Shown here: in pieces, positions 34,116 to 44,269 of the stretch
Position numbering within the stretch: the first letter of the stretch is position 1
Layout of the letters: the number at the start of each line of letters is the position of its first letter
From: Nocardioidaceae bacterium
GTDB taxonomy: Bacteria; Actinomycetota; Actinomycetes; Propionibacteriales; Nocardioidaceae
Reading direction: 5' to 3'
DNA: 64,000 bases
Assembly: GCA_035699065.1 (NCBI GenBank)
Contig: DASSBE010000194.1
Location: 34,985 to 98,984 of the forward strand
Program-made: the position numbers and the translations under genes
Notes under the pieces: generated by a model
Databases searched by the model: none
Told to the model about the DNA's origin: nothing
Seen by the model: only the letters and a program-made list of their open reading frames with translations

Positions 34116-34289
34116 ATGACCGGGCTGCCGTTCGTGCCACTGCACCTCGGGGCACTGCACGCCTACGAGACGGTGCTGCTGCTCGTGCTCGCGTTCGGGC
34201 CGTTCGTCGTCCTCGTGATCGTGGTGCTGGTCCTGCGCAGGCGCGACATCGCCGCGGAGGAGGGGCGGGACGGTGACCCGGAGGCCTAG
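34116..34289 (+). CDS. Small single-pass membrane protein (57 aa), absent from the ORF track
   Basis: ATG directly follows the pruA TAG: MTGLPFVPLHLGALHAYETVLLLVLAFGPFVVLVIVVLVLRRRDIAAEEGRDGDPEA. GC3-rich codons; fills the gap to the next gene. Confidence 0.75.
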   Translation: MTGLPFVPLHLGALHAYETVLLLVLAFGPFVVLVIVVLVLRRRDIAAEEGRDGDPEA

Positions 34290-34768
34290 CGGTCCCCGGC
34301 GAGCCAGCGTCGGCCGACCTCCTGCTCGGCCTCGAGGGCCTCGCCCAACAGCTCGCTGATCAGGCTCTCCAGCTTGGCCCCGAGCAGTGGCACCTGCACC
34401 GTCAGCTCGCCGTCGATCGCCTGGACGGTCCGGCCGGCGTCGCCGGAGAGGGCGATCGTGCCTTGCAGCCGGCCGGGCTTGCCCGGGATGGTGACCTCGA
34501 GCGCCGCTGCCGAGGAGTCGGACCAGGTCTCACGCTGCACGACCCGGATCTCGTCGCCCACGATCTTCCGGGCGAAACCGGGCAGCCCCTCGGAGGGACG
34601 GGTCTGGTCGACCAGCACCGTCATCTGCTCCGTGGACCGCTCGACGTCCACCGCGGCCGTGCGCGCGTGCTGTGCGCGGCACACCGACTCGCGGAACGCG
34701 CGGTCGGCCAGCATGGCGTGCACCTGCGCGGGCGCTGCGTCGTACTTCTGCTCGTGGCGGAACCGCAT
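34286..34768 (-). CDS. DUF2505 family (SRPBCC/START-like) protein, copy 2
   Basis: YDAAPAQVHAMLAD..FR, PGFARKIVGD and VPLLGAKLE. Confidence 0.85.
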   Translation of the reverse strand: MRFRHEQKYDAAPAQVHAMLADRAFRESVCRAQHARTAAVDVERSTEQMTVLVDQTRPSEGLPGFARKIVGDEIRVVQRETWSDSSAAALEVTIPGKPGRLQGTIALSGDAGRTVQAIDGELTVQVPLLGAKLESLISELLGEALEAEQEVGRRWLAGDR

Positions 34769-35250
34769 CAGCGTTCACCGGCCAGCCAGGCGACCCCGAC
34801 CTGTTGCTCGGTGTCCATGCCGTCGAGGAACAGCTTGCGGACCACGCCCTCGAGCTTCCCGCCGACCAGCGGGATGTTCACCGTGGCCTCGCCCTCGAAC
34901 GACTCCGTGGTCCCCGACGCGTCGCCGGAGAGCGTGATCCGGCCGCGGATGTGTCCGGGCTTGCCCGGGATCTCCACCTCGAGGTCGGCGGCCGTCCCCC
35001 CGGTCCACCGCTCCGACTGCACGACCCGGGTCTGGTCGCCGACGATCTTCTTCGCGAAGCCGGGCACGCCATGAGTGCGTTGCCGCATGTCGATGCGCAC
35101 CGACATCGTGCCGTCCGCCGGCTCGATCGAGACGTCGTGCGAGACGGTGCCCATCGCCGCGCAGACCCGCTCGCGGAAGGCGGGGTCGCCCAACATCGCG
35201 TAGACCTCGGCGGGAGTGGCGTCGTACCTCAGCTGGTGTCGGATCTCCAT
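34768..35250 (-). CDS. DUF2505 family protein, copy 1
   Basis: YDATPAEVYAMLGDPAFR, PGFAKKIVGD and IPLVGGKLE; TGATG coupling to copy 2. Confidence 0.85.
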   Translation of the reverse strand: MEIRHQLRYDATPAEVYAMLGDPAFRERVCAAMGTVSHDVSIEPADGTMSVRIDMRQRTHGVPGFAKKIVGDQTRVVQSERWTGGTAADLEVEIPGKPGHIRGRITLSGDASGTTESFEGEATVNIPLVGGKLEGVVRKLFLDGMDTEQQVGVAWLAGER

Positions 35251-35294
35251 GGCGCACCATCATGACGCATCCAGCAGTCGCTACGCTCACGGGT

Positions 35295-36170
35295 GTGACT
35301 TCGAAGAGCTCCCCCACACCAGCCCCGGACCCGGCCGGCGCGTCGGTCTCCACAGCCGGCGAGTGGGGCGGACGCGACGTGCAGTTCGGGGAGCAGGGCG
35401 CCCGGCTGACCTACGGCAGCTACCTCCAGCTCGAGCAGCTGCTGAACTCCCAGCACCTCGAGTCCGACCCGGTGGCCCACGACGAGCTGTTGTTCATCAC
35501 GATCCACCAGGTCTACGAGCTGTGGTTCAAGCTGCTCCTGCACGAGGCCACCGCCGCGCGCGACGCGATGCTCGCCAGCTCCGGTGACGCCAACCGACTG
35601 TGGTGGGCCCAGCACCTGCTGCAGCGGATGCACGTCGTGGAGCGGGTGCTCGTCCAGCAGATCGATGTGCTGGAGACGATGACACCGCAGGACTTCCTCC
35701 AGTTCCGGCAGACGCTGGCGCCGGCCAGCGGGTTCCAGTCCGTGCAGTACCGCGAGCTCGAGTTCCTCTCCGGAGCCAAGGACCCCTCGTTCGTACGCCG
35801 GTTCAAGGGCCTCACCGACGTCGAGCGGGAGCGGCTGCGACGCCGCCTCGACGAGCCGACGCTGTGGGACGCATTCGTCCACGTCCTGGCCGAACGTGGC
35901 CAGCCGGTCGGCTCCGACGAGGAGATCACCCAGGCAGTACGACGGGCGGCGCACGACCGTGCCTCGTACGCCGACATCTGGGCCCTCGCCGAGGCACTCT
36001 TGCAGCACGACGAGCTGGCCGCCGCCTGGCGGGCGCGACACGTGGTGATGGTCGAGCGGATGATCGGGGCGAAGACCGGCACCGGGGGCTCCTCCGGCGC
36101 GGACTACCTCCGGAGCCGGCTGGAGCTGCGCTACTACCCGCTGCTGTGGGAGCTTCGCTCGCGACTGTGA
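35295..36170 (+). CDS. kynA: Tryptophan 2,3-dioxygenase
   Basis: TYGSYLQLEQLL, HDELLFITIHQVYELWFK, ASGFQSVQYR and IGAKTGTGGSSG. TACGCT lies 7 nt before the GTG. Confidence 0.93.
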   Translation: MTSKSSPTPAPDPAGASVSTAGEWGGRDVQFGEQGARLTYGSYLQLEQLLNSQHLESDPVAHDELLFITIHQVYELWFKLLLHEATAARDAMLASSGDANRLWWAQHLLQRMHVVERVLVQQIDVLETMTPQDFLQFRQTLAPASGFQSVQYRELEFLSGAKDPSFVRRFKGLTDVERERLRRRLDEPTLWDAFVHVLAERGQPVGSDEEITQAVRRAAHDRASYADIWALAEALLQHDELAAAWRARHVVMVERMIGAKTGTGGSSGADYLRSRLELRYYPLLWELRSRL

Positions 36171-36334
36171 GCCGCCTCCCGCGCCACACACCGGGTGCAC
36201 CCGAAGTTGTTGCCGGAGGGGGCACGCTCTAGGGTCGGAGCGACGGCACAACGGCGTGCTGTCCCGAGGTGCGGAGCGGCCGTGCGCGTCCGCGGGCCGG
36301 GCCTCGTGCTGGGAGCGACAAAGGTTGATGCCTC

Positions 36335-39300
36335 GTGCGGACGACGCTGGATGAGAACAAGGACGAGCTCATTGCGAAGGCGGCCGAGTTCGCAGCCGCA
36401 CGCAAGGGCACAAGTGGCCTACCGGGAACCAAGGCCTCGCAGCTGCTGACCTCGTTCTACCGGCACGTCGCTCCCGAGGACATCGTCGAGCGCAGCGAGG
36501 TGGACCTCTACGGCGCCGCCATGAGCCAGTACAAGCTGGCGGCCAGCCGTCCCCAGGGCACGGCGAACGTCCGGGTGTTCACCCCCTCGGAGTCCGAGCA
36601 CGGCTGGTCCGCCAACGGCCACACCGTCGTCGAGGTCGTCACCGACGACATGCCGTTCCTCGTCGACTCGGTGACCATGGAGCTCAACGAGCAGGCGCGC
36701 ACGGTGCACATGGTCGTGCACCCGCAGCTGCTGGTCCGCCGGGACCTGACCGGGGAGCTGCAGGAGCTGTTCACCGAGGAGGACCAGTCCCGGCCCGCCG
36801 GCGAGCTGCCCCACGACACCTTCCGGGAGTCGTGGATGCACATCGAGGTCGACCGCGAGACCGAGCCCGAGCAGCTCGCGGGGATCGAGCAGGCGCTGAC
36901 CAAGGTGCTGCGCGACGTCCGCGAGGCGGTCGAGGACTGGGAGAAGATGCACAGCCGGGCCCTCGAGATCGTCGAGGACCTCGAGCGGAACCCGCCGCCG
37001 CTGGCCGCCGAGGAGATTGTCGAGGGCAGGGCGCTGCTCAGCTGGCTGGCCGACGACCACTTCACCTTCCTGGGCTACCGCGAGTACAAGCTGGAGACCG
37101 TCGACGGGGACGACGCGCTCCGGGCGATCCCCGGCACCGGGTTCGGCATCCTCCGCGCCGACCAGGACATGTCCTCCTCGTTCGGCAAGCTGCCGCCACT
37201 GGTCAAGGCCCGGGCACGGGACAAGACCCTGCTCGTGCTGGCGAAGGCGAACTCCAAGTCGACCGTTCACCGTCCGGCGTACCTCGACTACGTCGGAGTC
37301 AAGACGTTCGACGAGTCCGGCGAGGTGATCGGTGAACGCCGCTTCCTCGGGCTCTTCTCGTCGGCGGCCTACACCGAGTCGCTGACCCGGATCCCGGTGA
37401 TCCGCGAGAAGGCGCAGCAGGTCATCGACCAGGCCGGCTTCGACCCGCTGAGCCACACCGGCAAGGCGCTGATGGACGTGCTCGAGACGTACCCGCGCGA
37501 CGAGCTGTTCCAGACCCCGATCGAGCAGCTCGTCCCGATCGCCGAGGCCGTCCTGCACACCCGCGAGCGCCGGCAGCTGCGGCTGTTCGTGCGGCGTGAC
37601 ACCTACGGGCGCTACCTGTCCTGCCTGGTCTACCTGCCCCGCGACCGCTACACCACCGCCGTGCGGGAGCGGATCGCCTCGATCCTGAGGACCGAGCTCG
37701 GTGGTGAGTCGGTCGAGTACACCGCCCGGGTCAGCGAGTCGCTCCTGGCGCGGCTGCACTTCGTCGTACGCCCGAAGCGCGGCGAGATGATCGGCGACTT
37801 CGACCGTGAGGATCTCGAGCGGCGGCTCGCGGAGGCCGCACGTTCGTGGCGCGACGACTTCGTCTCGGCGGTCCACAGCGAGTTCGGGGAGGAGCAGGGC
37901 TCCCGCCTCGCACGGGCCTACGGCGACTCCTTCCCGGAGGCCTACAAGGAGGACTACCCGCCACGCACCGCAGCGGTCGACCTGGGTCGGCTCGAGAGCA
38001 TTCCGGGGGAGGAGGGGCTGGCGCTCTCCCTCTACGAACCGGTGGACGCCGCGCCCGGTGAGGCGCGGCTGAAGGTCTTCCGGATCGGCGCGCCGCTCTC
38101 GTTGAGCGGGGTGCTGCCGATCCTGTCGACCATGGGGGTCGAGGTCATCGACGAGCGTCCCTACGGCCTCGAGGGACTGCGCCGCGAGTCGTGCATCTAC
38201 GACTTCGGCCTCCGCTACGGAAAGCCGTTGCCGCCGAAGGCCCGCGGACTGTTCCAGGACACGGTCAGCGCCGTGTGGGACGGCTCCAACGAGAGTGACG
38301 GGTTCAACGCGCTCGTCCTCGCGGCCGGTCTCACCTGGCGGCAGGCGACGCTGCTACGGGCCTACGCGAAGTACATGCGGCAGGGCGGCACGCCGTTCGC
38401 GCAGGACTACATCGAGGGCGCGCTCAAGGGCAACGTCGACATCACCCGCTACCTGGTGAAGCTCTTCGAGACCCGGTTCGACCCGGGGAAGAACGGAGAT
38501 CTCGCGGCCGACAGCGAGTCACGCGAGGCGAAGCTTAACGAGCTCGAGGACCGGATCAACCGGGCACTCGACGACGTCGCGAGCCTCGACCACGACCGCA
38601 TCCTGCGCTCCTACCTGACGGTGATCAAGGCGACGCTGCGCACCAACTACTTCCAGGAGGGCGCCGACGGACAGCCGAAGGACTACATGTCGTTCAAGCT
38701 CGAGCCGAGTGCGATCCCGGAGCTGCCCGAACCGAGGCCCCGGTTCGAGATCTTCGTGTACTCGCCGCGCGTCGAGGGTGTCCACCTGCGGTTCGGTGCG
38801 GTGGCGCGCGGCGGTCTGCGCTGGTCGGACCGGCGCGACGACTTCCGCACCGAGGTCCTCGGCCTGGTCAAGGCGCAGATGGTGAAGAACGCGGTCATCG
38901 TGCCTGTCGGCGCCAAGGGCGGGTTCTTCTGCAAGCAGCTGCCCGACGCCTCGGACCGCGACGCCTGGCTTGCCGAGGGCATCGCGTGCTACAAGACGTT
39001 CATCTCCGGTCTCCTCGACCTGACGGACAACCTGGTGGACGGCCTGACCGTGCCACCGCAGCGGGTGGTGCGCCACGACCCGGCCGACTCCTACCTGGTG
39101 GTCGCCGCGGACAAGGGCACCGCGTCGTTCTCCGACATCGCCAACGGCGTGTCCAAGGACTACGGGTACTGGCTCGGCGACGCGTTCGCCTCGGGTGGCT
39201 CCGCCGGCTACGACCACAAGTCGATGGGGATCACAGCCCGCGGCGCCTGGGTCTCGGTGCGCCGGCACTTCCGGGAGCTGGGCGTCGACTGCCAGAGCGA

Positions 39301-41212
39301 GGACTTCAGCTGCGTCGGCATCGGGGACATGTCCGGGGACGTCTTCGGCAACGGGATGCTGCTCTCACCGCACATCCGGCTGGTCGCCGCCTTCGACCAC
39401 CGTGACATCTTCCTCGACCCCGCCCCGGACGTGACTGCCTCGTTCACCGAGCGCAGACGGCTCTTCGACACGCCGAGGTCGTCGTGGCAGGACTACGACC
39501 GCCACCTGATCTCCGAGGGCGGTGGGGTCTACCCGCGCAGCCAGAAGTCCATCCCTGTCTCGGACCAGGTGCGCTCCGTGCTGGGACTCGACGAGAACGT
39601 GCGGACGATGACGCCGCCGGAGCTGATGCGGGCGATCCTGGTCGCGCCGGTCGACCTGTTGTGGAACGGAGGGATCGGCACCTACGTCAAGGGCGAGACC
39701 GAGACCAACGCGGACGCCGGTGACAAGGCCAACGACCCGATCCGGGTCAACGGTGGTGACCTGCGTTGCCGGTGCGTGGGGGAGGGCGGGAACCTCGGGT
39801 TCACCCAGCGCGGCCGGATCGAGTACGCCCGAAACGGCGGCCGGATCAACACCGACTTCATCGACAACTCGGCCGGCGTCGACACCTCCGACCACGAGGT
39901 GAACATCAAGATCCTGCTCGACCGGGTCGTCGCCGGCGGCGACCTGACCGGCAAGCAGCGCAACGACCTGTTGGCCTCCATGACCGACGAGGTCGGTGAC
40001 CTGGTGCTGCTCGACAACTACGAGCAGAACCTGGCGCTGGCCAACGCCCAGGCGCAGGCTCCAGCGCTGCTCCACGTGCACGAGGACTGGGTCCGCCGCC
40101 TGGAGCGGCAGGGACTGTTGAACCGCGCACTGGAGTTCCTGCCGACCCGCAAGCAGGTGGCCGACCGCCTCGAGCACCGGCAGGGGCTGACCGCCCCGGA
40201 GCTGGCGGTGCTGCTGGCCTACACGAAGATCGTGCTGGCCGACGAGCTGATCGGGACCGACCTGCCGGACGACCCCTTCCTGCGCGGTGACCTGTTCGGC
40301 TACTTTCCCAGCAAGATGCGCCAGGCCTACCGCAAGCAGATGGAGGAGCACCCGCTGCGGCGCGAGATCATCGTCACCCAGATCGTGAACGCTCTGGTCA
40401 ACGGCGCCGGGATCACCTATTTCCACCGGCTCTCCGGCGAGACCGGCGCCTCGGCGGGCGAGATCACCCGGGCCAACTTCCTCGCCCGCGAGATCTTCGG
40501 CTCCCAGGCGCTGCTGGACGAGATCGACAGCTACGACAACCAGATCGACGCGACCGTCCAGATCCGGATGCGGATCGAGATGCGCACCCTGGTGGAACGT
40601 GCCTCGCGCTGGCTGATCAACAACCGGCGTCCGCCCCTCGACAGTGAGGCCGTGGTCGAGTTCTTCGGCGTGGTCGCCCAGCAGGTGACGGCCGCCCTGC
40701 CCGTGCTGCTGACCGGCCGCGAGCTGGACGCCTACGAGGCGCGACGTCAGGCGCTGGTCAAGGAGTCGGTCCCCGAGGAGCTCGCCGCCAAGGTCGCCGC
40801 CCTGCCACCCGCGTACGCCGTCCTCGGCATCGTGGAGACCTCCCGACGGGACGCCATCGACCCGCTCGAGGTGGCGCGCGTGCACTTCGCGCTCGGCGAA
40901 CGGCTCGGTCTGCCCGCCCTCGTGACCAGTGTCCTCGGGCTCCCGCGTGACGACCGCTGGCAGACCATGGCGCGGGCCGCGCTCCGTGACGAGCTGCACG
41001 GCGTACACGCCCAGCTGACCGCCCAGGTGCTCGCCGACACCTCCTCCGAGCAGCCGGTCCCGGTTCGCATCGCGGACTGGGAGGAGGAGGACGAGGTCGT
41101 GGTCAGTCGCGCCGTGGCCACGCTCGATGAGATCTGCACCGACGACCGCCCCGACCTCGCCCGGCTCTCGGTGGCCCTGCGCGTGGTGCGCACGTTGCTC
41201 GCGACACCGTGA
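36335..41212 (+). CDS. gdh: Large NAD-specific glutamate dehydrogenase
   Basis: 1625 aa; DDMPFLVDSV, ARGGLRWSDR, KAQMVKNAVIVPVGAKGGF, DAFASGGS.GYDHK and DNSAGVDTSDHEVNIK. Confidence 0.97.
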   Translation: MRTTLDENKDELIAKAAEFAAARKGTSGLPGTKASQLLTSFYRHVAPEDIVERSEVDLYGAAMSQYKLAASRPQGTANVRVFTPSESEHGWSANGHTVVEVVTDDMPFLVDSVTMELNEQARTVHMVVHPQLLVRRDLTGELQELFTEEDQSRPAGELPHDTFRESWMHIEVDRETEPEQLAGIEQALTKVLRDVREAVEDWEKMHSRALEIVEDLERNPPPLAAEEIVEGRALLSWLADDHFTFLGYREYKLETVDGDDALRAIPGTGFGILRADQDMSSSFGKLPPLVKARARDKTLLVLAKANSKSTVHRPAYLDYVGVKTFDESGEVIGERRFLGLFSSAAYTESLTRIPVIREKAQQVIDQAGFDPLSHTGKALMDVLETYPRDELFQTPIEQLVPIAEAVLHTRERRQLRLFVRRDTYGRYLSCLVYLPRDRYTTAVRERIASILRTELGGESVEYTARVSESLLARLHFVVRPKRGEMIGDFDREDLERRLAEAARSWRDDFVSAVHSEFGEEQGSRLARAYGDSFPEAYKEDYPPRTAAVDLGRLESIPGEEGLALSLYEPVDAAPGEARLKVFRIGAPLSLSGVLPILSTMGVEVIDERPYGLEGLRRESCIYDFGLRYGKPLPPKARGLFQDTVSAVWDGSNESDGFNALVLAAGLTWRQATLLRAYAKYMRQGGTPFAQDYIEGALKGNVDITRYLVKLFETRFDPGKNGDLAADSESREAKLNELEDRINRALDDVASLDHDRILRSYLTVIKATLRTNYFQEGADGQPKDYMSFKLEPSAIPELPEPRPRFEIFVYSPRVEGVHLRFGAVARGGLRWSDRRDDFRTEVLGLVKAQMVKNAVIVPVGAKGGFFCKQLPDASDRDAWLAEGIACYKTFISGLLDLTDNLVDGLTVPPQRVVRHDPADSYLVVAADKGTASFSDIANGVSKDYGYWLGDAFASGGSAGYDHKSMGITARGAWVSVRRHFRELGVDCQSEDFSCVGIGDMSGDVFGNGMLLSPHIRLVAAFDHRDIFLDPAPDVTASFTERRRLFDTPRSSWQDYDRHLISEGGGVYPRSQKSIPVSDQVRSVLGLDENVRTMTPPELMRAILVAPVDLLWNGGIGTYVKGETETNADAGDKANDPIRVNGGDLRCRCVGEGGNLGFTQRGRIEYARNGGRINTDFIDNSAGVDTSDHEVNIKILLDRVVAGGDLTGKQRNDLLASMTDEVGDLVLLDNYEQNLALANAQAQAPALLHVHEDWVRRLERQGLLNRALEFLPTRKQVADRLEHRQGLTAPELAVLLAYTKIVLADELIGTDLPDDPFLRGDLFGYFPSKMRQAYRKQMEEHPLRREIIVTQIVNALVNGAGITYFHRLSGETGASAGEITRANFLAREIFGSQALLDEIDSYDNQIDATVQIRMRIEMRTLVERASRWLINNRRPPLDSEAVVEFFGVVAQQVTAALPVLLTGRELDAYEARRQALVKESVPEELAAKVAALPPAYAVLGIVETSRRDAIDPLEVARVHFALGERLGLPALVTSVLGLPRDDRWQTMARAALRDELHGVHAQLTAQVLADTSSEQPVPVRIADWEEEDEVVVSRAVATLDEICTDDRPDLARLSVALRVVRTLLATP

Positions 41213-41244
41213 TGCACTAGAGGCCCACCATGTCGGGAGGTTGC

Positions 41245-42516
41245 ATGAGCATGTCGGAGCTCGAGTCCCAGGTCCTGGCGAGCCTGGACGAGTCGGCCCT
41301 GGTGGAGAGCCTCGCCGCGCTCGTCCGGGTGCCCAGCGTCGGCGGGTCGGACGCCGAGATCGAGGTGCAGGACCTGTGCGCCCAGCTGCTCGGCGAGCAG
41401 GGATATCTGGTCGACAGGTGGGAGCTCGACCTCGACGCGCTGAGCGAGGACCCGTGGTTTCCGGGCACCGAGGCGGCCCGGACCGAGGGCCTCGGCGTCG
41501 TGGGCACCAGCGAGGGTGACGAGACCCCGGGGCTGATCCTGCAGGGGCATCTCGACGTGGTGCCACCGGGCGATCCGGCCACCTGGCAGGGCGCCGACCC
41601 GTTCTCGGCCGAGATCAGGGGCGGAGCGTTGCACGGCCGCGGCGCCTGTGACATGAAGGCCGGGGTGGCCGCGAACCTGGCGGTCGCCCGCACCCTGCGG
41701 GCGGCGGAGGTGATGCTCGAGCGGCCGCTCGCGGTGCACTGTGTGATCGGCGAGGAGGACGGCGGTCTGGGCGCGTTCGCCACCCTGCGCCGTGGCCACC
41801 GCGGTGACGCTGCGGTGATCACCGAACCGACCAGCGGCCGCATCGTCACCGCGACCGCGGGCGCGCTCACGTTCCGGATCGAGGTGGCCGGCCGGTCCGC
41901 GCACGGCAGCATGCGCCGCGAAGGGGTCAGCGCGTTCGAGGCGTTCCTCCCCATCCACGAGGCGCTGGCCCGGCTGGAGGCCGACCGCAACGTCGACCCC
42001 GACCCGCTGTTCGCCGGCAGCGACCTTCCCTACGCCTTGTCGGTCGGCGTGATCCAGGCGGGGGACTGGGCCAGCAACGTGCCGGACAAGCTGACCGCCG
42101 AGGGCCGCCTCGGCGTGCAGCTGGAGGAGGACCCGCGGCAGGCGCGGCTCGCCCTCGAGGACGCGGTGAACGAGGCCAGCGCCAAGGATCCCTGGCTGCG
42201 TGAGAACAGGCCGATCGTCAGCTGGCCAGGCGGGCAGTTCGCCAGCGGCCGGATCGACCCGGACCACACGCTGGTCGAGGAGGTGGCCGGCGCGGTGGTC
42301 GCCACCGGCGGCAGTCGTCCGCCGCTCGGGGCCGAGGTCTACGGCAGCGACCTGAGGTTGTACGCCGGCATCGGCGGCATCCCGACGTTGCACTACGGAC
42401 CAGGCGACATCCGGGTCGCACACGGCCCGCAGGAGCACGTCGAGCTGGACCAACTGGTGCAGGTGACCAGGTCACTGGTGGTGCTGGCGCTGCGCCGCTG
42501 CGGCGGGCACCGCTGA
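41245..42516 (+). CDS. M20 ArgE/DapE-family deacylase
   Basis: LQGHLDVV, GRGACDMKAG, GEEDGG, ITEPT and HGPQEHV; SD GGAGG. Confidence 0.9.
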   Translation: MSMSELESQVLASLDESALVESLAALVRVPSVGGSDAEIEVQDLCAQLLGEQGYLVDRWELDLDALSEDPWFPGTEAARTEGLGVVGTSEGDETPGLILQGHLDVVPPGDPATWQGADPFSAEIRGGALHGRGACDMKAGVAANLAVARTLRAAEVMLERPLAVHCVIGEEDGGLGAFATLRRGHRGDAAVITEPTSGRIVTATAGALTFRIEVAGRSAHGSMRREGVSAFEAFLPIHEALARLEADRNVDPDPLFAGSDLPYALSVGVIQAGDWASNVPDKLTAEGRLGVQLEEDPRQARLALEDAVNEASAKDPWLRENRPIVSWPGGQFASGRIDPDHTLVEEVAGAVVATGGSRPPLGAEVYGSDLRLYAGIGGIPTLHYGPGDIRVAHGPQEHVELDQLVQVTRSLVVLALRRCGGHR

Positions 42517-42525
42517 ACGTGCGGG

Positions 42526-42762
42526 TCAGACCGCGGCGATCTCACCGTCTGCGGTGCGGAGGGCCAGCCCGTCCGCGATCGTGAAGGCGAGTGCGCGGTC
42601 GAACCGATCGTGCTCCCAGAAGCGGGCGCCGACGATCTCGGCGAGCCGTTCGGGCTGCTGCGGGCCCTCGTGCTCGAGCGCGCGGATGATCTGTCCCATC
42701 TCGTGGAAGATCTGCCGGTCGCGTCGGCCCTCGGTGCTCGGTTTGGGTGGGGGCATGGGCAT
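42526..42762 (-). CDS. Small hypothetical protein (possible winged helix)
   Basis: Strong SD AGGAGG; starts 19 nt after the MFS stop; IIRALEHEGP..LAEIVGARFW. Confidence 0.7.
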   Translation of the reverse strand: MPMPPPKPSTEGRRDRQIFHEMGQIIRALEHEGPQQPERLAEIVGARFWEHDRFDRALAFTIADGLALRTADGEIAAV

Positions 42763-42781
42763 CTGAGCTACCTCCTGGTCC

Positions 42782-44269
42782 TCATGCGCGGGATGGGGCG
42801 GTTGCGTCTTCGCCTTCGGGGCGTTCGTCCTCGGCGGTCAACGGCTGGGCGATGCTCTCCAGCGCCTGGCCCTCGGCCTTCACTCCCATGAAGATCTCGA
42901 TGATCCCGCCGGCGATCATCAGGGCGGCACCGATGAAGTAGCCGATGGCGATCTGGGTGATGTCCTTGCTCTCCGACGCGTTGTCGATCAGCGCACCGAA
43001 CAGCAGCGGCCCGCTGATTCCGCCCACCGCAGTGCCGATGGCGTAGAAGAACGCGATGCACAGGGCCCGGGTCTCCATCGGGAAGATCTCGCTCGCGGTG
43101 AGGTACGCCGCGCTGGCTCCGGCCGAGGCGAAGAAGAAGATGATCGCCCCCATCATGGTCAGGGTGACCGCACTGAGGTCACCGAGGATGAACCCCGTGA
43201 ACCCCAGCAGTACGCCCGACAGGATGTAGGTCCCGGCGATCATCTTCACCCGGCCGATCGTGTCGAACAACGGGCTGAGCACCAGGGCGCCGATGAAGTT
43301 GCTGGCCGCGAAGATCGCGAGGTACCAACCGGTCTGCCCCACGTCGAGGAAGGTGCCGAGGGTGTCGCCGTACGTGAAGAAGAACGCGTTGTAGAGAAAC
43401 GCCTGGCCCACGAACAGGGAGAAGCACAGGATCGTGCGCTTGGGGTACATCGTGAACACGGTGCGGGCGATCAGGCCGATCCCGATCGACTTGCGTTGCC
43501 GGATGGTGATCGAGTCCGAGACCGTCGGCAGGCTCCTGCCGGTCTCCTGCTCCACGGTGCGCTCGATGTCCCGGACGATCTGCTCCGCGTTGTCCTCGTG
43601 GCCGTGGATGAACTGCCAGCGGGGGCTCTCAGGCACGTGGCGCCGGACGAAGAGGATCCCGACGGCGAGGATGGCGCCGAGCCCGAACGCCAGCCGCCAG
43701 CCCCACTCGGGGTTGATCACGGTGGGGTCGAGCAGCGGGATGGTCAGCAGGGAGCCGGCGGCCGCACCGACCCAGAACGAGCCGTTGATCGCCACGTCGA
43801 CCCGACCGCGGTACTTGGCCGGGATCAGCTCGTCGATGGCCGAGTTGATCGCGGCGTACTCGCCGCCGATCCCGGCGCCGGTCAGGAACCTGCAGGCGAA
43901 GTACCACAGCGGGGTCATCGAGAAGGCGGTGAGGACCGTGGCCACCATGTAGACACCGAGGGTGATCATGAACAGCTTCTTGCGGCCGAACTTGTCGGTG
44001 AGCTGGCCGAAGAACAGGGCACCGACACAGGCACCGGCGACGTAGACGGCACCCGCCATGCCGACATCGAAGCTGCTCAGCCCCAGCCCGGTCTTCTCGT
44101 CCTGCAGCGCGGCCGACATGGAGCCGACGATGGTGACCTCGAGCCCGTCGAGTATCCACACAGTGCCGAGCCCGATCACGATCAGCCAGTGCCAGTGGGC
44201 CCACGGCAGGCGGTCGAGCCTCGCCGGAATGTCGGTGGTGACCCGGCCGGTTTCGACTCCGTCAGCCAT
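42782..44269 (-). CDS. MFS transporter (sugar porter / aromatic acid-like)
   Basis: RLDRLPW, WILDGLE, DKFGRKK, GIGGEYAAINSAIDE, PESPRW and SEIFPMETR; SD AGGAGG before the ATG at 44269. Confidence 0.92.
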   Translation of the reverse strand: MADGVETGRVTTDIPARLDRLPWAHWHWLIVIGLGTVWILDGLEVTIVGSMSAALQDEKTGLGLSSFDVGMAGAVYVAGACVGALFFGQLTDKFGRKKLFMITLGVYMVATVLTAFSMTPLWYFACRFLTGAGIGGEYAAINSAIDELIPAKYRGRVDVAINGSFWVGAAAGSLLTIPLLDPTVINPEWGWRLAFGLGAILAVGILFVRRHVPESPRWQFIHGHEDNAEQIVRDIERTVEQETGRSLPTVSDSITIRQRKSIGIGLIARTVFTMYPKRTILCFSLFVGQAFLYNAFFFTYGDTLGTFLDVGQTGWYLAIFAASNFIGALVLSPLFDTIGRVKMIAGTYILSGVLLGFTGFILGDLSAVTLTMMGAIIFFFASAGASAAYLTASEIFPMETRALCIAFFYAIGTAVGGISGPLLFGALIDNASESKDITQIAIGYFIGAALMIAGGIIEIFMGVKAEGQALESIAQPLTAEDERPEGEDATAPSRA

